Positions 17,458-26,969 of a DNA stretch of 47,115 bases are shown in pieces. The position numbers were made by a program, and so were the translations under genes. The DNA is from Phycisphaerae bacterium. Lineage in GTDB: Bacteria > Planctomycetota > Phycisphaerae > SM23-33 > FEN-1343. Location of the stretch: the NCBI GenBank assembly GCA_041687295.1, contig JAWLCG010000002.1:1-47115 (forward strand), in the 5' to 3' direction. Every line of letters begins with the position of its first letter. The stretch's first letter is position 1. The notes below the pieces were generated by a model that saw nothing but the letters and a program-made list of their open reading frames with translations, did not search any database and was not told where the DNA came from.

Positions 17458-19851
17458 ATGATGCAGCATGAACCCCATGGCGTGTTCCCCTCGCACCATG
17501 GTCGAGAGTACCTGGACAGTGACTGGACGTTGGCTTTCACGCACCCACGGACCGGGCAGCGCCATGAGATGACCGCCACCGTGCCGGGCAATGTCGAGGT
17601 CGACCTCCAGCGCGAGGGGCTCATCGACGATCCCTGGCCGGCCGACAGCGTCACGGCCCTGCGGGCCTTCGAGCGCGTGGACGACTGGACCTACTCCCGC
17701 CGATTCGACGCCCCACCTCGCCGGGCCGGCGAGACCGTCTGCCTGGTCTTCGAGGGCATCGACACGATCGCCGACGTACACCTCAACGGCGAGCGGGTCC
17801 TGCGCTGCGAGAACATGCACATCCCGCACCGCCTGGACGTCACCGGTCGCCTCCGGCCGACGGCGAACGAGCTGGAGGTCCGCATCTTCAGCCCCGAACT
17901 CCACGCCCGCCGGTTCCCGTACCCGGCCGGGCAGGTCTCGCGGCCACACCGCCAGGCCGAGGCGTACCTCCGCAAGGCCCGCCACATGTGGGGCTGGGAC
18001 AACGCCCCGCGGCTGCTCAGCGCGGGGCTGTGGCGGCCGGTGTACCTGGAGATCCTGCCGGCGGTCCGCTTCACGGACGTCTACGCCTACACCCAGCGGG
18101 TGACGGCCGAGGAGGTCTGGATCGGCTGCGACTGGGCCATCGAGACGCCCGACACGGACCTGGCGGGCTACCGGGGCCTGCTGCGGCTGTCGCGGGGCGG
18201 GGCGGTCGAGCACGAGGTCGCCTTCGACGTCGAGTTCACCGCCGGCAAGGTCCGCCACCGGCTTCCACGCCAGGCCGTGCAACTGTGGTGGCCCCGGGTC
18301 TACGGCGAGCCGGTCCTGTACGACCTGTCGCTGCACCTGCTGCGGCAGGGCGGGGAGGTCGCCCGATGGGAAGGCCGGTTCGGCGTCCGCGAACTCGAAC
18401 TGGTCATGTCCGACGTCACCAACGCCGCCGGCGAGGGTGAGTTCGTCTTCGTCTGCAACGGCGAGCGGATCTACATCAACGGCACGAACTGGAAGCCGCT
18501 GGACGCCCTGCACTCGCGGGCAGCCGGGAAGGTCCGGCGGGCCCTGGAGCTGTGCCTGGACCTGCACTGCAACATGGTGCGGATCTGGGGCGGGGGCGTC
18601 TACGAGGACCACGCCTTCTTCGACTTCTGCGATGAGCACGGCCTGCTGGTGTGGCAGGACTTCATGTTCGCCTGCGAGTTCCCGCCCCGGGACGAGCGGT
18701 TCCAGCAGGCGGTGGCCGTCGAGGCCGAGGCCGTCGTCAAGCGGCTGCGCAACCACCCGTCGCTGGCGCTGTGGTGCGGGGACAACGAGGTCGACGCGAC
18801 CTTCACCTGGGACACGCTGATCCCCAGGCACCTGCTGCCCTCGCACAACGAGATCACCCGGAAGGTGCTGCGCAACGCCGTGCTCGACCACGACCCGTAC
18901 CGCAACTACGTGCCCAGCTCGCCGTACGTCAGCGACGCCATCGCCCGCCAGCGTTGGTTGCCGGCCGACAAGCGGTCCGACCTGGCCACGCCGGAGTCGC
19001 ACCTGTACCCCGGTGACGAGCACTTCCGCGAAGCCTTCCGCCGCTCGGCCGCCCACTTCATCGGCGAGACCGGCCCGTTCTTCATCAACGCCATGTCGCA
19101 GAGCCCCGACATCGTCCAGCGCGAGCTGCCCCGCGCCCGGCGGCTGTGGGATGCGCCCATCGACCGGCGCGACTACACCCTCGATCGCCACCAGACCGAC
19201 GTGTACTTCCTGACCTGGAAGGACGCCCTGCGCCGCCGCCTGGTCCACCTGTTCGGCCGGGAGTTCGGCCTGGAGAACTGGGAGGAACTGGCCCTGGCGA
19301 CGAACATCCTGTGCGGGGAGATCTTCAAGTTCGCCATCGAGTATTCGCGGGCGAGCAAGTGGCGCAAGACGGGCGTGTTGTGGTGGTCGCTGCTGGATAT
19401 GTGGCCGATGATGATGAACTACTCGGTGGTGGACTATCACCTCCAACCCAAGCAGCCGGCGTACGACTGGATCCGCCAGTCCCAGCAGCCGCTGTGCCTG
19501 ATGGTCGTCGAGCGTCAGGCCGGCCGGCCGGAACTGTTCGTCGCCAACGACACGCTCGGCGACTTTGCGGGGAGCTATCGCGTCACCCGGGTGGACGCCG
19601 AGGGGCGCGAGCAAGGTCTGGCGGATGGCCCGTTCAAGGTCCGCGGCAACAGCTCGCTGATGCTTCGCGAGATGCCATCCGGTGCCGAACGCGGGCTTTG
19701 GCTGATCGAATGGGCCGCTCGGGACAGGCGGGGGGTGAATCACTATGTCTCGGCGGATACCCCCATCCCTTGTGACGCATACCGGTCTTGGGTGGACAGG
19801 GTCCGCACCGCCTATGGTCGGTTGCCTCTCCAGGCGGAGGGGAACCGCTGA
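17458..19851 (+). CDS. GH2 beta-mannosidase-like glycoside hydrolase
   Basis: FEGIDTIADVHLNG, RKARHMWGWD, NMVRIWGGGVYE, GLLVWQDFMFAC, RLRNHPSLALWCGDNE and FIGETG. Confidence 0.92.
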   Translation: MMQHEPHGVFPSHHGREYLDSDWTLAFTHPRTGQRHEMTATVPGNVEVDLQREGLIDDPWPADSVTALRAFERVDDWTYSRRFDAPPRRAGETVCLVFEGIDTIADVHLNGERVLRCENMHIPHRLDVTGRLRPTANELEVRIFSPELHARRFPYPAGQVSRPHRQAEAYLRKARHMWGWDNAPRLLSAGLWRPVYLEILPAVRFTDVYAYTQRVTAEEVWIGCDWAIETPDTDLAGYRGLLRLSRGGAVEHEVAFDVEFTAGKVRHRLPRQAVQLWWPRVYGEPVLYDLSLHLLRQGGEVARWEGRFGVRELELVMSDVTNAAGEGEFVFVCNGERIYINGTNWKPLDALHSRAAGKVRRALELCLDLHCNMVRIWGGGVYEDHAFFDFCDEHGLLVWQDFMFACEFPPRDERFQQAVAVEAEAVVKRLRNHPSLALWCGDNEVDATFTWDTLIPRHLLPSHNEITRKVLRNAVLDHDPYRNYVPSSPYVSDAIARQRWLPADKRSDLATPESHLYPGDEHFREAFRRSAAHFIGETGPFFINAMSQSPDIVQRELPRARRLWDAPIDRRDYTLDRHQTDVYFLTWKDALRRRLVHLFGREFGLENWEELALATNILCGEIFKFAIEYSRASKWRKTGVLWWSLLDMWPMMMNYSVVDYHLQPKQPAYDWIRQSQQPLCLMVVERQAGRPELFVANDTLGDFAGSYRVTRVDAEGREQGLADGPFKVRGNSSLMLREMPSGAERGLWLIEWAARDRRGVNHYVSADTPIPCDAYRSWVDRVRTAYGRLPLQAEGNR

Positions 19852-20123
19852 GGCCTCTCGAATCGTTCTTGACGACTGCCAACGCACATGCAACCGTGCC
19901 ATGACAATCCGATGCGAGCCCCCCAACAGAAGATCGCCGGCCATGCCGGAGTTGATGATGTCACCTTCAGCTACGCACTTGGCGGGGCTTCGGAGCAGGC
20001 GCGTCTGAGCGGAAAGCCCGTCCGTTGCGTTCGTAAGGCGGCGTTGGCGTCCGGCTGTGTTGCGTGTTCGTGTTCGGCCGCGCAGGCTGGTTCGCTGGCC
20101 GCACGGAACAGAGGGGCTGGGCG

Positions 20124-20255
20124 ATGAACTGGGCCGTGTTGTTCGACATCCACGGAACCATGGTCGACAACCGCCGATTCCACGAGGCCGCGTGGATCGA
20201 GCTGGGTCGGCGGCGAGGGCTGGCTGTCACGCCCGAGTACTACAAGGCCCACATG
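20124..20255 (+). pseudogene. HAD-family phosphatase 5' fragment interrupted by an IS21 end
   Basis: MNWAVLFDIHGTMVDNRRFHEAAW is HAD motif I with DxH instead of DxD. The reading frame runs into the IS terminal TGT at 20256. Confidence 0.7.
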
Positions 20256-20348
20256 TGTAAAGGGCGGAGTAAAGCCGTGGCGCGGGGCGGAGCAAAGGCG
20301 TAGCGCCCATGCGTAGGTCTACCCCGGACCGCCCGGGGCGTCAATGCG

Positions 20349-20573
20349 TCAGGTCTCGGCTCTCTGGGATCGCTTGCGTCGCATGCGTCGCATGCGTCGC
20401 TGGCTGTCCCGCAGGCGATAGCTCTCGCCGTTGGCTTCCACGATATGCACCCGATGCGTCAGGCGGTCCAGCATGGCCCCGGTCAGACGCTCGGAGCCGC
20501 ACACCTCTGCCCACTGCTCAAAGGGCAGGTTGGTGGTGATGACCAGGCTCTGGCGTTCGTAGGCCCGGCTGAC
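20349..20573 (-). pseudogene. istB: IS21 helper ATPase IstB, C-terminal fragment 1
   Basis: VSRAYERQSLVITTNLPFEQWAEVCGSERLTGAMLDRLTHRVHIVEANGESYRL. Confidence 0.88.
20375..20400. repeat. 9-bp tandem repeat, about three copies of TGCGTCGCA
   Basis: Read directly; encodes the RRMRRMRRK tail of istB fragment 1. Confidence 0.8.
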
Positions 20574-20736
20574 CGCGGCCCTGCTGGACCGACTGACCCA
20601 CCGCTGCCACATCTTCGAGATGAACGGCGAGAGCTACCGCTTCCGCGAGTCGGTCCGCGCCGGCAAGGGGGCCAAGCCCACCGCCGAGGCCCAGCCGGCC
20701 CCGGCCCCGACGGCCTCGATCGCCAAGGAGAACTGA
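20563..20736 (+). pseudogene. istB: IS21 helper ATPase IstB, C-terminal fragment 2
   Basis: Hand translation: ARLTAALLDRLTHRCHIFEMNGESYRFRESVRAGKG...KEN*. Confidence 0.85.
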
Positions 20737-20946
20737 CCTCTACCGCCGCCGCCCCCAGCGGCCTATACTATCACCCCCGGTGGGCCCGGATTGCGTGCCG
20801 AGGTGGGCCCGCTTCACTCGCCGATTACCATACCTCCGCGAGTTGGCCGGTGTGGTGGCCGGCCCTGCGGGCGCGCAGAGCGTTTCGGCGAACGCTCGGG
20901 ACTGGAGCAAGCATTGCTGGGAACGAAACTGTCTCTCATTGCCCGG

Positions 20947-21090
20947 CTACGTGCCCCGCGCCACCGGCCGGTCGAGGTTGGGTGTCACCACCAAGGGATG
21001 ACCGGCATGCCCCATGGAGTACGGGTTGTGTTGGTCGCTGAAGAGGAGAGGAATGCTCTGACGCTTCTCCAGAACGCTTCTCCGTGGCAT
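20947..21090 (-). pseudogene. Sulfatase 5' remnant downstream of the glycyl-radical enzyme
   Basis: Hand translation: MPRRSVLEKRQSIPLLFSDQHNPYSMGHAGHPLVVTPNLDRPVARGT*. Confidence 0.7.
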
Positions 21091-21119
21091 TACGTCGGTT
21101 CAGCATCCTCACGCTTCGA

Positions 21120-23363
21120 TCATGTCCCAGCGTGCAGTTCGGCGCGGCGGATGACCTCGTCCTGTGTGGCACCGTCGAGCGTGCTGAATCGCGCGCTGAA
21201 GCCGCTGACGCGCACCGTGAGGTCGGGGTGGCGCTGCGGGTTCTCGCGGGCTTCGCGCAGAATCCGGGCGTCGACGGCGTTGACTTGCAGCACCGAGCCG
21301 CCGCAGGCCAGGAAGCGGTGGAGGACGGCCTCGACGAGCATCGCGCCACGCCCGCCGGGCGTGAGGGGCAGCTTCATGTCCAGCACTGCCACGACGGGGT
21401 AGGCTGTCAGGTCGACCGGCTCGATGGCCGAGAGCACGTCCCCGATGGCGCCGCGGGGGCCCAGGGCCGTGATGCTCGGGCCCATGCCCTGGCTGAAGTC
21501 GTCCTTCGCGTTCCGCCCGTCCGGCGTGGCCCCGCAGGCCCGGCCGCGACTGACGTTGCTGCGGTGGGCGAACAAGCTCGCCACGTACTGGCCTCCGCGG
21601 GAGTTGGGCTGCCCCGTGCCGATGGCGGCGAGGTCCGCGAAGACCCGGGCTGCGAAGGCCTGCAGGACCGCATCGTCGTCCCGGCCGAACTTGGGCGCCC
21701 GGTGGATCAGTCGCTGGCGCAGCCGCTCGAGGCCCTCGAAGTCGCGTTCGCACGCGGCGGCCAACTCGTCCATCGTCATCTCGCCCGTCTCAAACACCAT
21801 GCGCCGGACGGCGTAGAGCGAATCGATCAGCGTGCCGATGCCGACGAAGTCCACGCTGGCGGTGCTGTAGCGGCAGCCACCTTCGGTCATGTCCTTGGCG
21901 TCGGCGGTGCAGTCGTCGATGGTGGCCGACAGCAGTGGGCAGGCGTTGTACTCGGCCCCCTGGGCCTCCAGGCGGTTGCGGTTCTCGATCAGCCGATGCA
22001 CGACGCGGCGCAGGTTCTCCAGGTAGGAGTGGTAGAAGCCCTCGAAGTTCGCACAGTCGGCCTGCGACGTCAGTTCCAGCCGTTCGCCCTCGCGAAAGGC
22101 CGCCCATGTCCCCGGCCGCAGGCCAATCTCCAGCACGGCCGGCAAGCTGAAGAACATCGTCGCCCGGCTGCTGATCTCTGTGTTCTGCAGGATGTTCTCC
22201 TGGCAGCCGCCGCCGACGTAGAGTCGGGCGTCGCGGAGGGCCTTGCCGGTCTTCACGTTGGCCTCAATCACCACGTCGTCGTTGTAGACGGCCATTACGT
22301 TCGTGCCGGCGGCGATGAAGTCGGCCAGCAGGGCGAAGTACTCCTGCGAGTGGCGGGGCGACAGCCGCGCCTGCAGCTTCGGGCTCACCAGGCGCAGCTC
22401 GCGGTAGCACTCGACGATCATCCGCGTCACGTCGTTGTACACGACCTCGCCGTCGGCGTTGCAGCCACCGATGAAGACCACCGTGGAGGTCTCCTTCCTC
22501 ATCCGCAGGGCCTCGAACTTCACATCCGTGTAGGCCAGGAACGCGGCCAGCAGGTCCTTCGCCTCCTCCGGAGTGATACGGCCGGCGGCGAGGTCGGCCT
22601 GGTAGTACGGCCAGAGCATGCGGTCGATGTGCCCGAAGGCGCTGACGCCCATCCCATCGATCGAGGCGATAATCTCGCGGCTGAACAGGATCGTGTTGAG
22701 CGCCTCGAAGAACGTCGCCGGCGGTTCGGCCGGCACGCGGGGGGCGGTCTGGGCGATGCGTTCCAGGCGGCTCCGCACGCGCGGGTCGGCCTCGTCGGCC
22801 AGCATCTCGTGGGCGCGCTCCCCGAAGCGGTGGGCGATGGCGATCATCGCCTCGAGGCCGGTGATCTGCGCCTGCAGGAACTCCCGCTGGCGGTGGTCCT
22901 CGGCCGTCTCCAGGCGCTGCTGCGCCCGGTCGATCAGCCCCCGCAGCCCCAGGCGCAGCACGTTGTCGTAGCCGACGCAGTGATGGTCGAGGTCCGAATC
23001 GGCCTGGCCGTTGAAGCTGACCAGCCCCTGCCACGGCTCGCGCCACTCGGCCGCCCGCCGCTCGTACTCCAGCCCGAACGGCTCGCTTCGCAGCCACCCG
23101 CCGATGCCATCGCGCCCCCAGCTGTGGCGGCTCCGGCCGGACTGCAGCTCGAAGTAGAACGGGCAGTGGCGGAACACCTTCACGTCGCACTCGCGGGCGG
23201 CGGCCTCGTAGCACAGCGCCTTGCGGCGGAAGGGCGTCCACTCGGGGTGGGAGCGGCTCTGCTGCGAAAGCGAGCGACAGAGATCGTCCACGTCGACCGG
23301 GTAGGTCGCGTAGAAGCTGTCCAGCTCGCTATCGAAGGCCTCGCGCTGATCAAGGAAAGACAT
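21120..23363 (-). CDS. Glycyl-radical enzyme (pyruvate formate-lyase-like family)
   Basis: P.EPPATFFEAL, FGHIDRMLWPYY, Cys loop GGGCQE, PKFGRDD, GATPDGR and glycyl motif LTVRVSGFS. Confidence 0.92.
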   Translation of the reverse strand: MSFLDQREAFDSELDSFYATYPVDVDDLCRSLSQQSRSHPEWTPFRRKALCYEAAARECDVKVFRHCPFYFELQSGRSRHSWGRDGIGGWLRSEPFGLEYERRAAEWREPWQGLVSFNGQADSDLDHHCVGYDNVLRLGLRGLIDRAQQRLETAEDHRQREFLQAQITGLEAMIAIAHRFGERAHEMLADEADPRVRSRLERIAQTAPRVPAEPPATFFEALNTILFSREIIASIDGMGVSAFGHIDRMLWPYYQADLAAGRITPEEAKDLLAAFLAYTDVKFEALRMRKETSTVVFIGGCNADGEVVYNDVTRMIVECYRELRLVSPKLQARLSPRHSQEYFALLADFIAAGTNVMAVYNDDVVIEANVKTGKALRDARLYVGGGCQENILQNTEISSRATMFFSLPAVLEIGLRPGTWAAFREGERLELTSQADCANFEGFYHSYLENLRRVVHRLIENRNRLEAQGAEYNACPLLSATIDDCTADAKDMTEGGCRYSTASVDFVGIGTLIDSLYAVRRMVFETGEMTMDELAAACERDFEGLERLRQRLIHRAPKFGRDDDAVLQAFAARVFADLAAIGTGQPNSRGGQYVASLFAHRSNVSRGRACGATPDGRNAKDDFSQGMGPSITALGPRGAIGDVLSAIEPVDLTAYPVVAVLDMKLPLTPGGRGAMLVEAVLHRFLACGGSVLQVNAVDARILREARENPQRHPDLTVRVSGFSARFSTLDGATQDEVIRRAELHAGT

Positions 23364-23477
23364 TGGTCATCTCCCGGTGGGGATTTGTTGCTTGCTATCT
23401 GGAGGATACGGCGACATAGTCCTGTTGTCATGCATGAAGCAGTGGAAACATGTATTCCGCAGGTGGGTAAATGTTGC

Positions 23478-24335
23478 ATGCGAGTTGAGGAAGTCACAAG
23501 TCATCCCTGGCCGCGGCCCGAGCCGCCCCCGGGCGCTTCGGTCTGGCCGGACCTGGTGGGGCGGCTGGTCGGCTACGGCTCCAGCCGGCGTGCGGCGGTG
23601 CGTCCTTACGTGATCCCGCACCTGATCCTCCGCGGCAGCGGGACGTTCCGCAGCGAGGCCGGAACCTTTCCCGTGACGGCGGGGGACATGTTCACCCTCT
23701 GGCCCGGCGTGGCGCACGAGTTCTGGGAGTCGCCGGAGGACCCTTGGCAGTTCTACTGGATGCGGCTGAGCGGGCCGGGCAGTGAGCCGCTGGGGCGGGC
23801 CTGGGGGTTCGGCCCCGAGCGGCCCGTGCGGCCCGCGGCGTCGGTGGAGCGTTCGATCCAGGTCTTCGGCGAGATGTTCCGCTACTGGGGACGTCCCGAG
23901 CGGCGCGACCCGTTCACCGGGCTGTCGCTGCTGTTCGAGCTGGTGGCGGCGTCGAGCGGACGGCAGACGGCTACGGGCGACGACCCCGCCCAGCAACTCG
24001 TCCGCCGATGCCAGGCGACGATCGACTCGTTGATCGAAACCGACCTCAACGTCAACCAGTTGGCCGAGCTGGTGGGCACCGCGCGGAGTACGCTGTGGCG
24101 AGCCTTCCGCGACGTACTCGGCATAACCGTGGTGGAATACATCCGCCGGGCGCGGATCGAGCGGGGCAAGCAGCTGCTGGCCCACACGACACTGAAGGTC
24201 TCCGCCATCGCCCCGCTCTGCGGCTTCCGGGACCCCAAGTACTTCCAGCACTGCTTTCGGCAGCAGGAGGGCGTCTCCCCGGGTCGGTGGCGCGAAGGCA
24301 GAGTGCAGGCAATCGCAAAGGAGAGACGGGGATGA
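23478..24335 (+). CDS. AraC-family transcriptional regulator
   Basis: C-terminal part of the 21084..24335 ORF. Cupin GDMFTLWPGVAHEF and double HTH ending IAPLCGFRDPKYFQHCFRQQEGVSP. Start uncertain; ATG 23430 is possible. Confidence 0.88.
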   Translation: MRVEEVTSHPWPRPEPPPGASVWPDLVGRLVGYGSSRRAAVRPYVIPHLILRGSGTFRSEAGTFPVTAGDMFTLWPGVAHEFWESPEDPWQFYWMRLSGPGSEPLGRAWGFGPERPVRPAASVERSIQVFGEMFRYWGRPERRDPFTGLSLLFELVAASSGRQTATGDDPAQQLVRRCQATIDSLIETDLNVNQLAELVGTARSTLWRAFRDVLGITVVEYIRRARIERGKQLLAHTTLKVSAIAPLCGFRDPKYFQHCFRQQEGVSPGRWREGRVQAIAKERRG

Positions 24336-26254
24336 CGTCGGACCGCCCCAACGTGCTGTTCATCGCCCTGGACGACCTGAACGACTGGATCGGCTGCGCG
24401 GGCACCAACCCCGACGTGCGGACGGCCCACATGGACCGGCTGGCCGAGCAGGGCATGCACTTCGCCAACGCCTGTTGCGCCTCGCCGGTGTGCAACCCCT
24501 CTCGCACGGCCATCCTGACGGGGCTGGGGCCCTCGACGACCGGCTGCTACCTCCTGAACGACCACCTGGAGGACTCGCCCGCGCGGGGCCGGACGCTGCC
24601 GCTGCCGCTCTACTTCCGCCGCCACGGCTACCGCACGATGGCGGTCGGCAAGATCGACCACGGCAACCTCGTGGAGCGGGCCGCCCGGGCCACCTGGAAC
24701 GAGGAACTCTGGGACGAGACCGGCAGCTGGTTCGGCGGCCAGCAGTTCGACCTGCACTCGCCCCACACGCAATGTCCCACCGACGTCGGCGGGCTCTACA
24801 ACTTCGCCTTCCACTGGGGCCCGCTCGACGACGAGCAGGCCGAGACGCTCTCGGATACGCACGTCGCGCGCTGGGCGGCCGAGCAGCTCTCCCGCGAGCA
24901 GGATCAGCCCTTCTTCCTGGCGGCAGGCTTCTTCCGGCCGCACCTGCCGCTGATCGCGCCGCGACGGTTCTTCGAGATGTACGACCCGGATTCGCTGCAC
25001 ATGCCGCCGACCGGCCCGGAGGACTTCGGCGCGATGCCCGCGATGGCCCGCCAGATCGCCCTGGCCGGCTACCAGGACATGGAGCGCGGCAAGCACTTCC
25101 AGATCACCCAGCACGGACAGTGGCGCGAGATCGTCCGCGCCTACCTCGCCTGCATCAGCTACGCCGACGACTGCGTCGGGCAGGTGCTCCGCGCCCTCGA
25201 GCGGGGGCCGCATGCCGACAACACCATCGTCGTGCTGTGGTCGGACAACGGCTGGAGCCTGGGGCACCACTTCCATTGGCAGAAGTGGTCGCTGTGGGAC
25301 TCGGGCTCGCGCGTGCCGCTGATCATCAAGGCCCCCGGCGTAACGACCGGGCGCGGCCCGTGCGACCAGGCCGTGGGCCTGATCGACCTCTACCCCACAC
25401 TCGTGGACCTCTGCGGCCTGCCGGAGGTGGACGCACTGGAGGGCCAGAGCCTGCGCGGGCTGCTGGACGGAAGCCAGCCTCAGCGCGAGCGGCCTGCGCT
25501 GAGTTCGTTCGGCCCCAACAATCATTCGCTGCGGACGAGCCGCTGGCGGTACACCCGCTACGCCGACGGCAGCGAGGAGCTCTACGACGGCCTGAACGAC
25601 CCGCACGAGCACGAGAACCTCGCCGGCGAGCCGGAGCATCGGCCGGTGATCGATGCGCTGGCCCGGTGGCTGCCGGCCGAGAATGCACCAGCCCTGACCA
25701 GCTCGCCGCCGGCGGGCGAACCCCTCGACCTCGAGCCGGGCGATGAGGTCTGGTTCCGCGGCGTCCAACCGGGCATTGCGGATGCACGGATTGCGGTCCG
25801 GGCTCGCGTCAAGGCCGAGGGGTCCGACGGCGTCATCGTGCACCACGGCGGGTGGTTCGCGGGTTACGCGCTCTACCTCAAGGACGGTCGGCTGAGCATG
25901 GCCGTTGCCGACGTCCGCCGGCCGCTGCGGTGGAACGACCTCGAGCTGCAGAGAACCGTCGTCCGGGCGGACCAGCCGCTGGGCACAGACTGGGCCGAGG
26001 TCGAGGGCCTGCTGGATGTCGACGGCACGATCACCCTCCGCGTGGACGGCGCGGTCGTGGCGACAGGCCGAGCGGCCGGGCCGCTGTCGATCCACCCGGC
26101 CGGTCTGCTGGAGGCGGGGCGCTATCAGAAGCAGAAGTACCCGCCCATGGGCGACTACGCCCCCAGCGAGGCTTTCCCCGGCCAGCTTCGCGACCTCCGG
26201 GTCGAGTTCGGCCCGACGGCGCCTCCACCCAGCGATGCGACCACCGGGGCATAG
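24332..26254 (+). CDS. S1 sulfatase (iduronate-sulfatase-like) with a C-terminal LamG-like domain
   Basis: RPNVLFIALDDLNDW, CNPSRTAILTG, GFFRPHLP, SDNG and ELYD. C-terminal DGVIVHHGGWFAGYALYLKDG. Confidence 0.9.
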   Translation: MTSDRPNVLFIALDDLNDWIGCAGTNPDVRTAHMDRLAEQGMHFANACCASPVCNPSRTAILTGLGPSTTGCYLLNDHLEDSPARGRTLPLPLYFRRHGYRTMAVGKIDHGNLVERAARATWNEELWDETGSWFGGQQFDLHSPHTQCPTDVGGLYNFAFHWGPLDDEQAETLSDTHVARWAAEQLSREQDQPFFLAAGFFRPHLPLIAPRRFFEMYDPDSLHMPPTGPEDFGAMPAMARQIALAGYQDMERGKHFQITQHGQWREIVRAYLACISYADDCVGQVLRALERGPHADNTIVVLWSDNGWSLGHHFHWQKWSLWDSGSRVPLIIKAPGVTTGRGPCDQAVGLIDLYPTLVDLCGLPEVDALEGQSLRGLLDGSQPQRERPALSSFGPNNHSLRTSRWRYTRYADGSEELYDGLNDPHEHENLAGEPEHRPVIDALARWLPAENAPALTSSPPAGEPLDLEPGDEVWFRGVQPGIADARIAVRARVKAEGSDGVIVHHGGWFAGYALYLKDGRLSMAVADVRRPLRWNDLELQRTVVRADQPLGTDWAEVEGLLDVDGTITLRVDGAVVATGRAAGPLSIHPAGLLEAGRYQKQKYPPMGDYAPSEAFPGQLRDLRVEFGPTAPPPSDATTGA

Positions 26255-26346
26255 GAGAGGACCTGGTCTGATGAGAAAGCGCCTGTAGCGTCGGTCTGGA
26301 TTCAGGAGGCAGAGGCGACTGTCCACGCACGAACAGGGACGGGAGA

Positions 26347-26853
26347 ATGAAGATGCCACCGACACAGCCGAACATCCTGGTCAACAACGCCGGCGTGGTG
26401 CGCCTGCCGGAGGATCACCCCGACCCGACTCCGGAGGCGGCGTGGGACCTGATCATGGACACCAACCCCAAAGGCCTGTTCTTCCTTTCCGAGGCGGCCG
26501 GCGAGATCATGAAGGCCCAGGGGAGCGGGGCGATCGTGAACCTCGCCTCCGACGCCGGCCTGCGCGGGGCGCCAAACGCCTACGGCATCAGCAAGTGGGG
26601 GGTAATCGGTTACACGAAGGGACAGGCGAGACAGCTGGCGCCCCACGGTGTCCGCGTCAACGCCGTGGCCCCCGGGCCTGTCGCCACGGGCATGATGAAG
26701 TGCGTCGACGGCGAGCCGCGAGAGGCGCCGAACCTGCCGCTCGGGCGGTTCAGCCTGCCGGAGGAGGTGGCCGACGCGGTGCTGTTCCTGGCCTGCGACG
26801 AGTCGCGCGCCGTCGTCGGCCACACCGTCGTGGTCAACACGGGCAACTCGTAG
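26347..26853 (+). pseudogene. N-terminally truncated SDR oxidoreductase, apparently fused to a sulfatase start
   Basis: Has ILVNNAG, YGISK, GVRVNAVAPG and PEEVADAVLFL but lacks the TGxxxGIG NAD-binding N-terminus. Starts MKMPPTQPNIL. Confidence 0.7.
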
Positions 26854-26969
26854 TCCCGCGCCCGTTGGCCGTATGGCGTGTATCATTGCCCATGGGGGTA
26901 CCCGAGCCGATGGGAGCAGACCGTCTGGGGCAGGAGCATGGTGCCCATGACGAAGGAAGGGCGGCAACG

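Larger units (their letters stand above)
20256..20830. mobile_element. Chimeric IS21-family relic: two different istB-side ends fused back-to-back
   Basis: Begins TGT with 23-bp-period repeats GGGCGGAG(T/C)AAAG at 20262 and 20285. Ends CA with 23-bp-period repeats GGTGGGCCCG at 20779 and 20802. Contains two divergent istB 3' fragments and no istA. Confidence 0.75.

Noticed and set aside
19852-20123. Small ORFs between the GH2 gene and the HAD fragment
   Set aside because: No motifs or convincing codon bias; probably decayed sequence.
20256-20400. Short repeats as a CRISPR array
   Set aside because: Only two 23-bp-period units plus a 9-bp tandem repeat, with no spacers or cas genes. They fit IS21 ends.
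21084-24335. 1083-aa ORF as a giant AraC fusion
   Set aside because: The first ~800 codons are antisense to the GRE. Only the part from about 23478 is AraC-like.
26442-26969. N-terminal extension of the GH150-like ORF
   Set aside because: It is an off-frame overlap of the SDR fragment, and a good RBS precedes ATG 26970.
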